From contig CAWGAS010000002.1 in NCBI GenBank assembly GCA_963820645.1, forward strand, positions 1,884 to 65,883: a stretch of DNA of 64,000 nt, written 5' to 3'. This DNA comes from an uncultured Acidobacteriota bacterium (GTDB lineage: Bacteria > Acidobacteriota > Vicinamibacteria > Vicinamibacterales > 2-12-FULL-66-21). Numbering within the stretch: the stretch's first letter is position 1; every line of letters starts with the position of its first letter. Position numbers and translations under genes: made by a program. This document shows positions 41,886-50,752 of the stretch, piece after piece. The notes under the pieces were generated by a model. That model ran no database searches. It was not told where the DNA came from and was given only the letters and a program-made list of their open reading frames with translations.

Positions 41886-44315
41886 TCAGTTCCGCAGCAG
41901 GGCCACGGCGTCGGCATTCGTGGCGTTGCGCATCGGCACGTAGGCCGCGAGCGCGGCAGCCGCGATCAACAGGATCGCGGCGCCGAGAAGCGTCGGCGGG
42001 TCGAGCGGTTCGATCTGGAAAAGCAAGCCGCGCAGCAGGCGTGTCGCGGCAGTTGCTCCGGCCAGACCGATCGCGGCACCCAGGCCCGCGAGCCAGGCCG
42101 CTTCGCCCAGCACCAGACGCCGCACGCGGGCCGCGGTGGCGCCGAGGGCGATCCGGAGCGCCAGCTCGCGATCGCGCTGGCGGACGTACGCGGCCATCAC
42201 GGCATACAGACCGACAGTCGCCAGCAGCAGCGCCGCGAATGCAAACACGCCCAGCAAACGGGCGGTGAACCTCGGACGCGCGAGGGGCCGATCGAGCATC
42301 CGCGCGAACGGCGCGACGCGCAGGACGCGGACATCCGGATCCACGATCTTGATCCGGTCGCGCGCGATCGACGCGACTGCCGCATCCGGCTCGTTGGTTC
42401 GCAACACGATCATCTGCGCCGTGATCAGGAATTGCGCGGCTGGCATGTACAGCGTCGGTCGCGGCCTGGCAAGCTCGCGATAGCGGGTCAACGCGGCAAC
42501 TCCGACGATGGTCAGCCACTCTTCGGTCGATTGCGGGCCGCCCATCGTGATCCGCTTCCCGATGGGATCCTCTCCCGGCCATGTCACCGCGGCCACGTCT
42601 TCGCTGATGATCGCAACCCGCACGGTCCCGCCACGATCCGCCGTGGTGAACGCGCGCCCGCGCGCGAGCGGTATGCCGAACGTGTGGAAATAGTTGGGAT
42701 AAATCGACTCCAGGTTGAGCGATGGGTTCGCGGCGCCGCGATCGGCGCTCTGCCCCTCGGCGGTGAACTTCGGCACGTCCCACCCGTCATCACCGGAAAA
42801 CGGCTGCACGTTGACCGGCGTCGCCGCGGCGATTTCCGGCACGGCTTCGAGCTGCGCCACCGCGGCGTCGAGGAACTGCCCGTGCCGGGCGGGATCGGGG
42901 TACTTGCCACTCGGTAGCGAGAGCTCGACGAACACGAGGCGATCCGCGACGAGACCGAGATCGACTGATTGCATCCGCAGCATGCTGCGCGTGAGCAGTC
43001 CGGCAGCGGCGACGACCGTCACGGCGAGGGCAACCTGAGCGATGACCAGCGCCCGCCGCCCGTGGTGTGTTCCTGAGGTCGTGACCCCTCGCCCACCGCT
43101 GCGAAGCTGCACGAGCAGGTCGCTGCGTGCCACGGAGAACGCCGGCGCAAGGGCAGCGAGCCCCGCGGTGAAGATCCCGACGACGAGGGTGAATGCTGCG
43201 ACCGTGAAGTTGATGCGGACGGACTCGACCCGTGGCAGTCCGTCGGGCAGAAGCGCCAGCAGAGCCTGTAAGCTCCACCAGCTGGCCGCGAGTCCGAGCG
43301 CCGCGGCAACCAAGGCGAGCATGAGACTTTCGAGCAGTAATTGCTGAACGATCCGCGCACGCCCGGCGCCCAGCGCTTCATGAACGGCCAGTTCGGCTCG
43401 TCGGCCCTCGCCACGCATCAACCACAAGTTGGCCACATTCGCGCTGGCAATCAACAGCAGGAGCCCGACGGCCGCCAGCAACGCCAGCATCGCGGGGCGG
43501 ACGCTGCCAACGATCGTCTCGGCGAAGGGACGAACCACGGGGACGAGGTCGCGAGTGCCGTTCGGCCGGACGACCGATTCCAGCCGGCGCGTCAGCGCTG
43601 TGAGCTCGCCGGCGGCCTGCTCGATGGTGACACCAGGCCGAAGCCTGCCAAGCAGATCGATCTCCTGGCGTGCCGCATCTCCGAATGGCCCCGTCGCCGG
43701 GAACGAGCGCGTCGTCCGCCACATTTCCACGCCGATGGGGTAATCGAGATCCGGCATCACGCCCACGATGGTGAATCGCTGCTCACCGAGCGTGACTCGC
43801 CGGCCCAGAACGTCTGGCGAGCGGCCGTAGCGGCGCGCCCACAGCGCGTGGCTCATCACGAGCACACGCTCCGCTCCTTCCACGTCGTCGGCTCGCGTCA
43901 GCGCGCGCCCGAGAACCGGACCGACTCCAAGCACGTCGAAAAAGCTGCCGGTGACCGCCCCGCTCTTGACGTAGCTCGCGGTCCCGTCTTCGATGATGAC
44001 GTCGGGGCCGGCGTTATCCCAACTCCCCGCGACGGCCTCGAGCAACTGGCTGGCGCTGCGGACGGCGTCAATCTCGGCCCCGCCAAAGGGATGATGTGTG
44101 AATCCCGATGATCGAAGCTCCTTCCAGGCGACGATGAGCCGCTCTTCGTCGCGAACGGGCATCCGGCGCAGCAGGACGCCCTCGACCATCGCGAACATCA
44201 CCGTGGTCCCGGTAAAACCCAGCGCGAGCGTCAGCCCGGCTGCCGCACTGAACGGTTTCGCCCGGAACAGTGCCCGCCACGCGAACCGGATGTCGGATCC
44301 GAGGTTTTCGAGCAT
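41886..44315 (-). CDS. ADOP-family duplicated FtsX/MacB-like ABC transporter permease
   Basis: Intact. Start taken at MLENLGSDIRFAWRALFRAKPFSAAAGLTLALGFTGTTVMFAMVEGVLL (track start 44336). Two MacB-periplasmic-core plus FtsX four-helix modules. No ATPase gene is adjacent, which is typical of this orphan permease family. Confidence 0.85.
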   Translation of the reverse strand: MLENLGSDIRFAWRALFRAKPFSAAAGLTLALGFTGTTVMFAMVEGVLLRRMPVRDEERLIVAWKELRSSGFTHHPFGGAEIDAVRSASQLLEAVAGSWDNAGPDVIIEDGTASYVKSGAVTGSFFDVLGVGPVLGRALTRADDVEGAERVLVMSHALWARRYGRSPDVLGRRVTLGEQRFTIVGVMPDLDYPIGVEMWRTTRSFPATGPFGDAARQEIDLLGRLRPGVTIEQAAGELTALTRRLESVVRPNGTRDLVPVVRPFAETIVGSVRPAMLALLAAVGLLLLIASANVANLWLMRGEGRRAELAVHEALGAGRARIVQQLLLESLMLALVAAALGLAASWWSLQALLALLPDGLPRVESVRINFTVAAFTLVVGIFTAGLAALAPAFSVARSDLLVQLRSGGRGVTTSGTHHGRRALVIAQVALAVTVVAAAGLLTRSMLRMQSVDLGLVADRLVFVELSLPSGKYPDPARHGQFLDAAVAQLEAVPEIAAATPVNVQPFSGDDGWDVPKFTAEGQSADRGAANPSLNLESIYPNYFHTFGIPLARGRAFTTADRGGTVRVAIISEDVAAVTWPGEDPIGKRITMGGPQSTEEWLTIVGVAALTRYRELARPRPTLYMPAAQFLITAQMIVLRTNEPDAAVASIARDRIKIVDPDVRVLRVAPFARMLDRPLARPRFTARLLGVFAFAALLLATVGLYAVMAAYVRQRDRELALRIALGATAARVRRLVLGEAAWLAGLGAAIGLAGATAATRLLRGLLFQIEPLDPPTLLGAAILLIAAAALAAYVPMRNATNADAVALLRN

Positions 44316-44471
44316 CGCGTCGCAGCATACCGCCAAACCGGCCGCCGAGCCTCAACCGGGAGCGGAACTGGGCAAAGATTGTCCGGGCCGTGGCGTAGCC
44401 AGGGAGGAAACGCTTCATCACTGAGATTCCGCGCTTGACGGTCGCGCGCCCCCGCCGGATAGTGGGCGTGC

Positions 44472-45602
44472 ATGCACAAAGTCTGGACGCCGCCAGTACG
44501 AATCGTCTTCGGCGTGGCGACGGTCTTGAGCATCTTCTCGACGCTGCAGGCGTACCGGCTCAGCACAATCAGCATCAGGGAGCCGATGGACGTGGAGGTC
44601 TGGCGGCTGCTGATCCTCAACTCGTTCGGATACTGGTACGTGCCTGCCGCGCTCACCGGGCCGATTTTCAGGCTCACCCACCGGTTTCCAATCGAGTCGG
44701 CCCGGCGGGTCCGGACCCTGGTCTTGTACGCACTGGGCGGTGCAGCCTTCTCGGTCGTGCACCTCGCGTGCACGCTGATCGTCGTGGTCTCGCTGTGGCC
44801 GCGTACTCCGTACTCCTTTGCGACACGGGCCCAACGCATCTACCTGACGAATCTCGACTGGGCCCTGATGACGTACTCCGCCATTGTCGGCCTGAGCTAC
44901 GCGCTGGGATACTACCGGGAGTCTCAGGCGCGCGCGCTCAAGGCCGCGCAACTCGAGGCGAGTCTGGCGGAGGCGCGGTTCCGGACACTGGAAGCGGAAC
45001 TGCACCCGCATTTCCTGTTCAACACGCTGCACGCCATCTCGACACTCATTCACACGCAACCGGACGCGGCGGATCGCATGATCACCCGCCTCAGCGATCT
45101 CCTCCGCATGACCTTCGCGCGGTCCGGCGGCGCGCTGGTGCCCCTCCACGAGGAGCTCGAGTTTCTCCAGAAGTACCTGGAGATCGAACAGACGCGGTTT
45201 CAGGATCGGCTCACGGTCGGCTACGACATCGATCCGGACACGCTCGACGCGGCGGTGCCTCGCCTGATCCTTCAGCCGCTCGTGGAGAACGCGATCAAGC
45301 ACGGCGTGGCGCCGCGTAGCGGGCCGGGGACCATCCGGATCGCGGCACGGCGGGACGGCGACGTCCTGCGCCTCGAGGTTCGCGATAACGGCGTGGGGCT
45401 GAGCGGCGGTGTCCGCGCCAAGCTCCGCACCGGCATCGGCCTGTCGAACACCCGCGCCCGGCTCGAGTGCTTCTATGGGAACGCCCAGCGCCTGGCATTC
45501 TCGGACGCTGGCCACGGGTTGACCGTGGAGCTGTCCTTTCCATTTCAACAGACGCCGGTGGGAGCCGACGGGGCGGCAGGCGAGCAAATGGTTACGCAGT
45601 AG
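44472..45602 (+). CDS. LytS/YehU-type sensor histidine kinase (His_kinase + HATPase)
   Basis: Intact 376 aa. N-terminal TM helices, LEAELHPHFLFNTLHAISTLI, LEFLQKYLEIEQTRFQDRL, ILQPLVENAIKHG, GIGLSNTRARL. No LytTR regulator gene next to it. Confidence 0.85.
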   Translation: MHKVWTPPVRIVFGVATVLSIFSTLQAYRLSTISIREPMDVEVWRLLILNSFGYWYVPAALTGPIFRLTHRFPIESARRVRTLVLYALGGAAFSVVHLACTLIVVVSLWPRTPYSFATRAQRIYLTNLDWALMTYSAIVGLSYALGYYRESQARALKAAQLEASLAEARFRTLEAELHPHFLFNTLHAISTLIHTQPDAADRMITRLSDLLRMTFARSGGALVPLHEELEFLQKYLEIEQTRFQDRLTVGYDIDPDTLDAAVPRLILQPLVENAIKHGVAPRSGPGTIRIAARRDGDVLRLEVRDNGVGLSGGVRAKLRTGIGLSNTRARLECFYGNAQRLAFSDAGHGLTVELSFPFQQTPVGADGAAGEQMVTQ

Positions 45603-45627
45603 GGCGTGCGAGTCGAAACGACACGGC

Positions 45628-46008
45628 CTACGTGACGCGTCGAGGCTGGATCGGGGCGACCCGCCAGCGCATATACGCGACGCAGGTTGCCATCGTCAGC
45701 AGCACTAGAGTCGTGATGGCCGCGCTCACTTCATTGCGCATCACGTGAAGAATCGTGGCGGAAATCATCACGATCATGATGCCGGCCGCCGCGCAGGGAA
45801 CGAGCCACGGCTGAATGCGCGTGAGACCAGGAAGCGTCAGTCCCACAGCCGCCAGTATTTCGGCGATGCCGAGAAAGAGCTGAAACCAACGCGGGAGCAT
45901 CGCGTTCATCATGTCGGCTATGGCCGGCGGCGGAAACAGAAACATGCCGCCGTGGGCGAAGAACACCACCGCGAGCAACATCTGGAGCACCCAGAGCAGG
46001 ATATTCAT
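45628..46008 (-). CDS. DoxX-family membrane protein
   Basis: Start MNILLWVLQMLLAVVFFAHGG. Four hydrophobic helices, LGIAEILAAVGLTLPG. Confidence 0.75.
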   Translation of the reverse strand: MNILLWVLQMLLAVVFFAHGGMFLFPPPAIADMMNAMLPRWFQLFLGIAEILAAVGLTLPGLTRIQPWLVPCAAAGIMIVMISATILHVMRNEVSAAITTLVLLTMATCVAYMRWRVAPIQPRRVT

Positions 46009-46093
46009 GCGACCCCTCACTGAATCTGGCGACAATCTCGATCGCGGTCGGCTGCGTCGAGAGCGGGTTCATCATAAGGCAGGACGGGCTAGT

Positions 46094-46293
46094 GTTTCGT
46101 CCCATAAATCCTGTTAGCACCGAGGGCGGCGATGGGCCCGCAGGGCAAGGCGCGACAACCGAGAATACTGCGCGTATTTGAGGGCGGAGCAACGCAGCCA
46201 TGCGGGACGGGGTCCCCAGCGCGTTGAACTACACGCGCTGGGGGCCCCGGGATGCAGCGCCGGCCGAATGCAACAGGATTTATGGGACGAGAC
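46094..46293. other. 200-nt element bounded by 22-nt inverted repeats (candidate structured RNA or MITE-like element)
   Basis: GTTTCGTCCCATAAATCCTGTT (46094-46115) pairs with AACAGGATTTATGGGACGAGAC (46272-46293), 21/22 complementary. Internal hairpins CCCCAGCGCG-N10-CGCGCTGGGG (46213-46243) and AATAC-TGCGC-GTATT. Duplicated GAGGGCGG boxes. No credible ORF. Confidence 0.5.
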
Positions 46294-46372
46294 ACTCGCA
46301 GGTCGAACGGCCGCGGGCCGACCAGCGACACATTTGACCAAATGAGATCTATCGGACGAGAATGGACGATCG

Positions 46373-46723
46373 TTGGGCGATAACGCGACCGCACACGACC
46401 CTCCGCCGATTCGTCAGGTGTCGGCGCCCGATCTGAAGGCGTTGCTCGAGGGCGGCGCCGCGATCGAGCTGGTCGACGTCCGCACCGAGTGGGAGCGCGC
46501 GATCGCCATGATCGAGGGGTCTCGCCTGCTCGACCGGGCGTATCACGATGCGCTGCTCCTCCGCGATCGGGATACACCCATCGTGTTCCAGTGCCACCAC
46601 GGCATCCGCAGCCAGCAGGCAGCGGAGTACTTCCGGCATGCGGGATTCCGGAATCTCTCCAACCTGAGTGGCGGCATCGACGCCTGGTCGTTGCTCGTCG
46701 ATGGCTCCGTACCGCGCTACTAA
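46373..46723 (+). CDS. Single-domain rhodanese-like sulfurtransferase
   Basis: Intact 116 aa. ELVDVRTEWE, active-site loop VFQCHHGIRS, GGIDAW. TTG start uncertain (alternative GTG ~46418). Confidence 0.8.
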   Translation: MGDNATAHDPPPIRQVSAPDLKALLEGGAAIELVDVRTEWERAIAMIEGSRLLDRAYHDALLLRDRDTPIVFQCHHGIRSQQAAEYFRHAGFRNLSNLSGGIDAWSLLVDGSVPRY

Positions 46724-46816
46724 GTGGTCACGGGCACAATTACGGCGGCATTCGACCGGCGATGCATCCCGCCTCGCCGGTCTCGGTGCGTCGCCGTAAT
46801 CATGCCCGGGACCACT
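46723..46816 (+). terminator. Long nested hairpin immediately after the rhodanese stop (possible terminator / REP-like palindrome)
   Basis: Outer arms AGTGGTCACGGGCACAATTACGGCG and CGCCGTAATCATGCCCGGGACCACT (22/25 complementary). Inner perfect 9-bp stem GACCGGCGA..TCGCCGGTC. No U-tract. Confidence 0.35.
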
Positions 46817-46866
46817 AAGCGTGCACGGGCCGGCCGAATGGACGACTTCCCTCTAGAGAATGAGCC

Positions 46867-47178
46867 ATGCTTCACGAACACATTGCAGTCATTTGCGTCC
46901 AGACCGGCAATGACGAGCGGACGGAGCGATTCGTCGTGTTTTCGTCGGCGCTCCCGCTCGCCGACTCGCGCCGGTGGCCCCAGTCGATGCCCGGCGACGT
47001 CACCTGTACGGCCCTCATCGGCGACGCCGACGTGCGGTCGGAGCTCGCGGCAGCTGGTCTTCCGGCCGAGGGGATCGAGGCTCGTGTCAGTCGTGCCCGT
47101 GCCTTCAAGACCACGATGACGAGCCACGCGATGGCGGAGGATTGGGTGAAGGCGATCAGAAGGAGCCTCCAACCATGA
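46867..47178 (+). CDS. Hypothetical protein (103 aa)
   Basis: Intact ORF with ordinary composition (MLHEHIAVICVQTGNDERTERFVVFSS..). The stop overlaps the lepB ATG (ATGA). No family recognised. Confidence 0.4.
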   Translation: MLHEHIAVICVQTGNDERTERFVVFSSALPLADSRRWPQSMPGDVTCTALIGDADVRSELAAAGLPAEGIEARVSRARAFKTTMTSHAMAEDWVKAIRRSLQP

Positions 47179-47883
47179 GCTTCGCAGTCCCTCTTCTTCT
47201 GACGATGGCAATCACGGGTTGGGTCGCCATCGACGCTGCCCGGCGCGGCCGCAACTGGCTGGCCTGGGCACTGCTCGTTGCCGGCACTGGTGTCCTCGGT
47301 TTGATCCCATGGCTCTTTGTCAGGCGACGCTCCCCGGCCACTCTCAAACCGCTGGGGAATCGCCGGGGCGCCGCCCTGTTGCTGGCGGCAATTCCCCTTT
47401 CGGTCATCACCGTCATGTCCACACTTGTGAGCAGCGACTTTCCTGTTCCAGGTGGCGCGTGTCGAGGGCAACGCGATGGCGCCGACCATTGACGACCAGG
47501 ATCGCCTGATTGTGAACAAGCTGGCGTATCGAATCGACGAGCCGCGCATCGGCGACATCGTCATGCTCTATTACCCGCTGCGGCCGGAGAAGTCCTTCGT
47601 CAAACGCGTCATCGCGGGTGAAGGCGATCAGGTGCGGATCGTCCACGGCCAGGTGTATCGCAACGACGTGCCGATGGATGACTCGTTCGTGCCGCCCGAG
47701 TTCCGCAGCACCGGCGATTGGGGGCCGCAGGTCATTCCGGAGGGGTACTACTTCGTCATGGGGGACCATCGCAACAACAGCTCGGACAGCCGCCACTGGG
47801 GCTTCGTCCCGAAGAAGTACATCATCGGCAAGGTGCAGCTGCGATGGTGGCCGCTCAGTCACGCGCGCATGTTCCGATCCTGA
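47175..47883 (+). pseudogene. lepB: Signal peptidase I homologue, 1 frameshift near 47445; Ala at the nucleophile-Ser position
   Basis: N-terminal TM region MSFAVPLLLTMAITGWVAIDAARRGRNWLAWALLVAGTGVLGLIPWLF..AALLLAAIPLSVITV. After a 1-nt shift: FLFQVARVEGNAMAPTI (box B, normally G-x-S-M-x-PT), IVMLYYP, FVKRVIAGEGDQV (box D Lys), YFVMGDHRNNSSDSRHWGFVP (box E). Confidence 0.8.
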
Positions 47884-47915
47884 TTCGGCCCGATGATCGT
47901 CGGACATCGGGAACC

Positions 47916-48326
47916 TTGACGTGCGGCGCCGTCGGCTCAACGGTGGTCGAAGCCACGTACCTGGGACGCACGGCCACACGCAGCGTCACGGTGATGGTGC
48001 CGCGCGACACGATCGAAGAGATCGGCGGGAGCAGCACCAGCACACGCGTGGGTCAGCCGACGACGCAAGGCGCCTGGGGTTACTACGTCCTCGCCTCGGC
48101 CCCATTCGGCCGTGTGATCCACGTCATTGTGAACCAGGCTGGCATCGAGATCGCCTCGAATCCGTCGAGCCTTGCCGTCACGACTGGCAACGGTCCCGTG
48201 CGGCTCACGACGACGTTCATCGTGCCCGTAGGCACGACAATGATCTGCACGGCGCTGGGGCTCCAGGTCGGCGGTTCCTCGCAGGTGCTCCGCACGGAGT
48301 TGCGGTGCTCCGGCGTCGGACCGTAA
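47916..48326 (+). CDS. Possible Ig-like (Big_2-like) domain fragment without signal peptide
   Basis: In-frame TTG at 47916. LTCGAVGSTVVEATYLGRTATRSVTVMV resembles the end of a bacterial Ig-like domain. The rest is beta-rich. No ATG, RBS or leader, so it may be a gene remnant. Confidence 0.25.
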   Translation: MTCGAVGSTVVEATYLGRTATRSVTVMVPRDTIEEIGGSSTSTRVGQPTTQGAWGYYVLASAPFGRVIHVIVNQAGIEIASNPSSLAVTTGNGPVRLTTTFIVPVGTTMICTALGLQVGGSSQVLRTELRCSGVGP

Positions 48327-48572
48327 GGCCGCTACCTTCGTCGCCGGTTCGGCGCCGCTCGCTTATTTCTTGTAGGCCGACGGCCGCTGCTGACGCTGAA
48401 TGGGTGTCGTTCCACTCCCCAACAAAGCCGATAGCCACAACGCCCACCCACTCGAGATACAACTTGGGCAAAGTCGACATGGATTCCGACAGCCTGATAG
48501 CTGGTGTGCTCTGTCCTTGCCGAATGACTGAGGCGGCTGACGGAGCGAAAACGGGTGATGCCGGTCTTCCTT

Positions 48573-49623
48573 TTAACCTCCAGTGCGCGTGAGCATCTGG
48601 ATGGCGAACGTCGTCGCAAGCAGGGGATCGTCCTCCTTGACGCGGCCGTTGGCGTTGCGAAAACTGCCATCGTCTGCCTGCTCCGGCAGTCGAACGCGCT
48701 GCTGAGGCCGCACGCGTGCGATCGCGGCGGCGTAGTAGAAGCGCAGTCCTGCGCTCCACGAAGCCTGCGGACTCTCACCCTCGTCGAAGCCCGGGACCCG
48801 GTCGGACTGGTGATTTCTGTCGAGCCATGCGATCCCTCTGGCGATTCGGTCGTCGCTGTCCGGAAGTCCAGACGCCCTGAGTGCCAACACTCCATCGGCC
48901 GTGGTCGTACCGTAGCTGACGAACCCTTCGGCGCTCCGGCCCGCCTTGTTGAGCGCTGGCATCACAGGCGAGAAGAAGAATCCGCCGTCGTGATTCTGTG
49001 ACCGCTCGAGAAACACACGCGCTCGAGTCATCGCCGGATCCGAGCCGTCAAGACCGGAGGCGCGCAGCGCTTCGAGCACGAACCGCGTCATCGACAGGTC
49101 CACATGGCCGGCGTCGGGCGGACGACGAATCGCGCCTCCCATTCCCCAACCTCCGTAGGCCGTGTGTTCCGGTGTCCAGCCGTTGGCCTCGCTGAACTGG
49201 TGCGTTCGCAGTTGCGCGACCATCGGCGCGATATCCGCCGTCCACGAACGGCGCTGCGCCGCCACCAGGGCATCGACGGCGAGCGCCGTGGCGTAGTTCG
49301 GATAATCCGCATCGCCGCCGGTTACGCCCACGGCCCCGTCGGGGCTCGTATGCCTTCTGATGAACGCAATCGCACGATTGACGGTGCCGGCGGAGTCAGG
49401 CACGGCGGCCTCGGGAACGCGGAGCAACGCACCGAGTACGAAGGGCGTCAACGACTGGCCGGAACGAAGCAGTCCTGTACGTGGCGCTGTGGAAGCCTCC
49501 GTCGGCTGCCTGCTGTGCCCAGAGATATTGCGCGGCCCGCGTAAGCGAGCTGCGCTCGCGTCTCCACGAGCACCCGGCGGCAGCCGCCGCCGTCAACAAG
49601 AAGACGCGGCGGTCAACGCGCAC
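48573..49623 (-). pseudogene. Tat/lipoprotein-signal prenyltransferase/squalene-cyclase-repeat (alpha/alpha-toroid) protein, 1 frameshift near 49440
   Basis: MRVDRRVFLLTAAAAAGCS (twin-Arg plus lipobox-like Cys). Repeated QxxDGGF/W-type motifs: QQAADGGFHS, TSPDGAVG, SQNHDGGFFF, EQADDGSFRN. The N-terminal 75-aa fragment (49396-49623) joins the 292-aa ORF. Confidence 0.7.
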
Positions 49624-50752
49624 GGTCGACCGTGAGGTTCAGAATCGCCGCACTTGTCATCGCGACTCGTCCAGTGATGCAGTGGTGACCGGCCCAGGCG
49701 CCATCGCTGTTCTGCAGACCGAGAATCTTCTGCGTGATGTTCGCATGCCATTTCGACCAGGCGTCGCCGCCGACGCGCTTCATGCTGTCGCTGATGTTGA
49801 GATAGGAGAAGAACTCCTCGCCGCCCATCGACCCGAATCCACCGACGAAGGCGGCATTGCCGAGCTGACTCTGAATCGCGCTGATTTGCTTTGCGTTCTG
49901 CACGCGGTCCGCCGTAGTGCGGCTCAACTGCTCCAGCGCCTGCGCGCTTTGATACAGCGCGACACCTGCGGCTTCGGCGGGCGCGGCGGGCGAGGTAACG
50001 ACCACTCTGCCGGCGGACCGCCCATCGGCCGCGACTCCAGCCACGGGCGGAGCGGCGATGAGGGCGCTCACCGTGTAGGCTTCGGCACGCTTCAAGACAG
50101 CGGCATCCACCGAGACGCCTCTGTTTTGAGCCTCGAAGAGGCTGCGCGAGGCCATCGACGTGCCGAGCACCGGCGCCCAGCCGCCAGCAATGTTCCAGCT
50201 TCCGTCCGACTGCTGATGCTTCTCGATCTTCGCGACCGTCTTCTGTAGTGCCTTGCGCACCCGGGCGTTCAGCGCCGGCGTCGACGCGCGTCCGTCAATC
50301 TGCGACATCAGCATCGACGAGAGAAACGTGTCGATGCACGGGCCCAGCTTTCGCTGGATCTGCGTGCCCTGGCGATCGGTGATTGCCAGGCCGTCGGCCG
50401 GACTCGCCTCGATCCGCTGCAGGACAAATGCGAGTGCGCGCTCCACCTGCGGCTCGTACTGCCTGCCGGCCTGCAGGAGTGCAAGGGCCGCGACCGCCGT
50501 GTTGGCGACGTCGTTGCCGCTCGATTCCAGCCGCTCTCCCGGCCGCGCGGAGGACGCCTCGCCGCCGTCCTGGCCCCACCCGCCGTCGGCGCCCTGCACG
50601 GACGCCAGCCACCGGGCCCCTTTGTCGACCGCAGTCGACCCCGGCGCGGGCGCCAGCGCCGTTCTCGGTTCGGGCGTGGTGCGCTGGGTCTGCGCCCAGA
50701 CTCCCGCGCCCGCCACCACAGCCCCTGACATGACAACCGCCAGCAGTCTCAT
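49613..50752 (-). CDS. Secreted prenyltransferase/squalene-cyclase-repeat (alpha/alpha-toroid) protein
   Basis: Intact 379 aa. Signal peptide MRLLAVVMSGAVVAGAGVWAQ. Repeats VQGADGGWGQ, HQQSDGSWNI, LQNSDGAWAG. Overlaps the downstream paralogous-fold gene by 11 nt (operon). Confidence 0.7.
   Translation of the reverse strand: MRLLAVVMSGAVVAGAGVWAQTQRTTPEPRTALAPAPGSTAVDKGARWLASVQGADGGWGQDGGEASSARPGERLESSGNDVANTAVAALALLQAGRQYEPQVERALAFVLQRIEASPADGLAITDRQGTQIQRKLGPCIDTFLSSMLMSQIDGRASTPALNARVRKALQKTVAKIEKHQQSDGSWNIAGGWAPVLGTSMASRSLFEAQNRGVSVDAAVLKRAEAYTVSALIAAPPVAGVAADGRSAGRVVVTSPAAPAEAAGVALYQSAQALEQLSRTTADRVQNAKQISAIQSQLGNAAFVGGFGSMGGEEFFSYLNISDSMKRVGGDAWSKWHANITQKILGLQNSDGAWAGHHCITGRVAMTSAAILNLTVDRAR

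Noticed and set aside
46094-46293. Assignment of the inverted-repeat-bounded element to a known RNA family (6S, SRP, tmRNA, RNase P) or to a MITE
   Set aside because: No family-specific conserved boxes are recognisable. There is no target-site duplication flanking the repeats and no second copy in this window. It is kept only as an unclassified structured element.
48330-48572. Small minus-strand ORF (MSTLPKLYLEWVGVVAIGFVGEW..) between the Ig-like fragment and the toroid-protein gene
   Set aside because: It is part of a 180-aa Arg-rich shadow ORF (48217-48759). Only about 25 residues look protein-like, there is no RBS, and it overlaps the neighbouring gene's 3' end.
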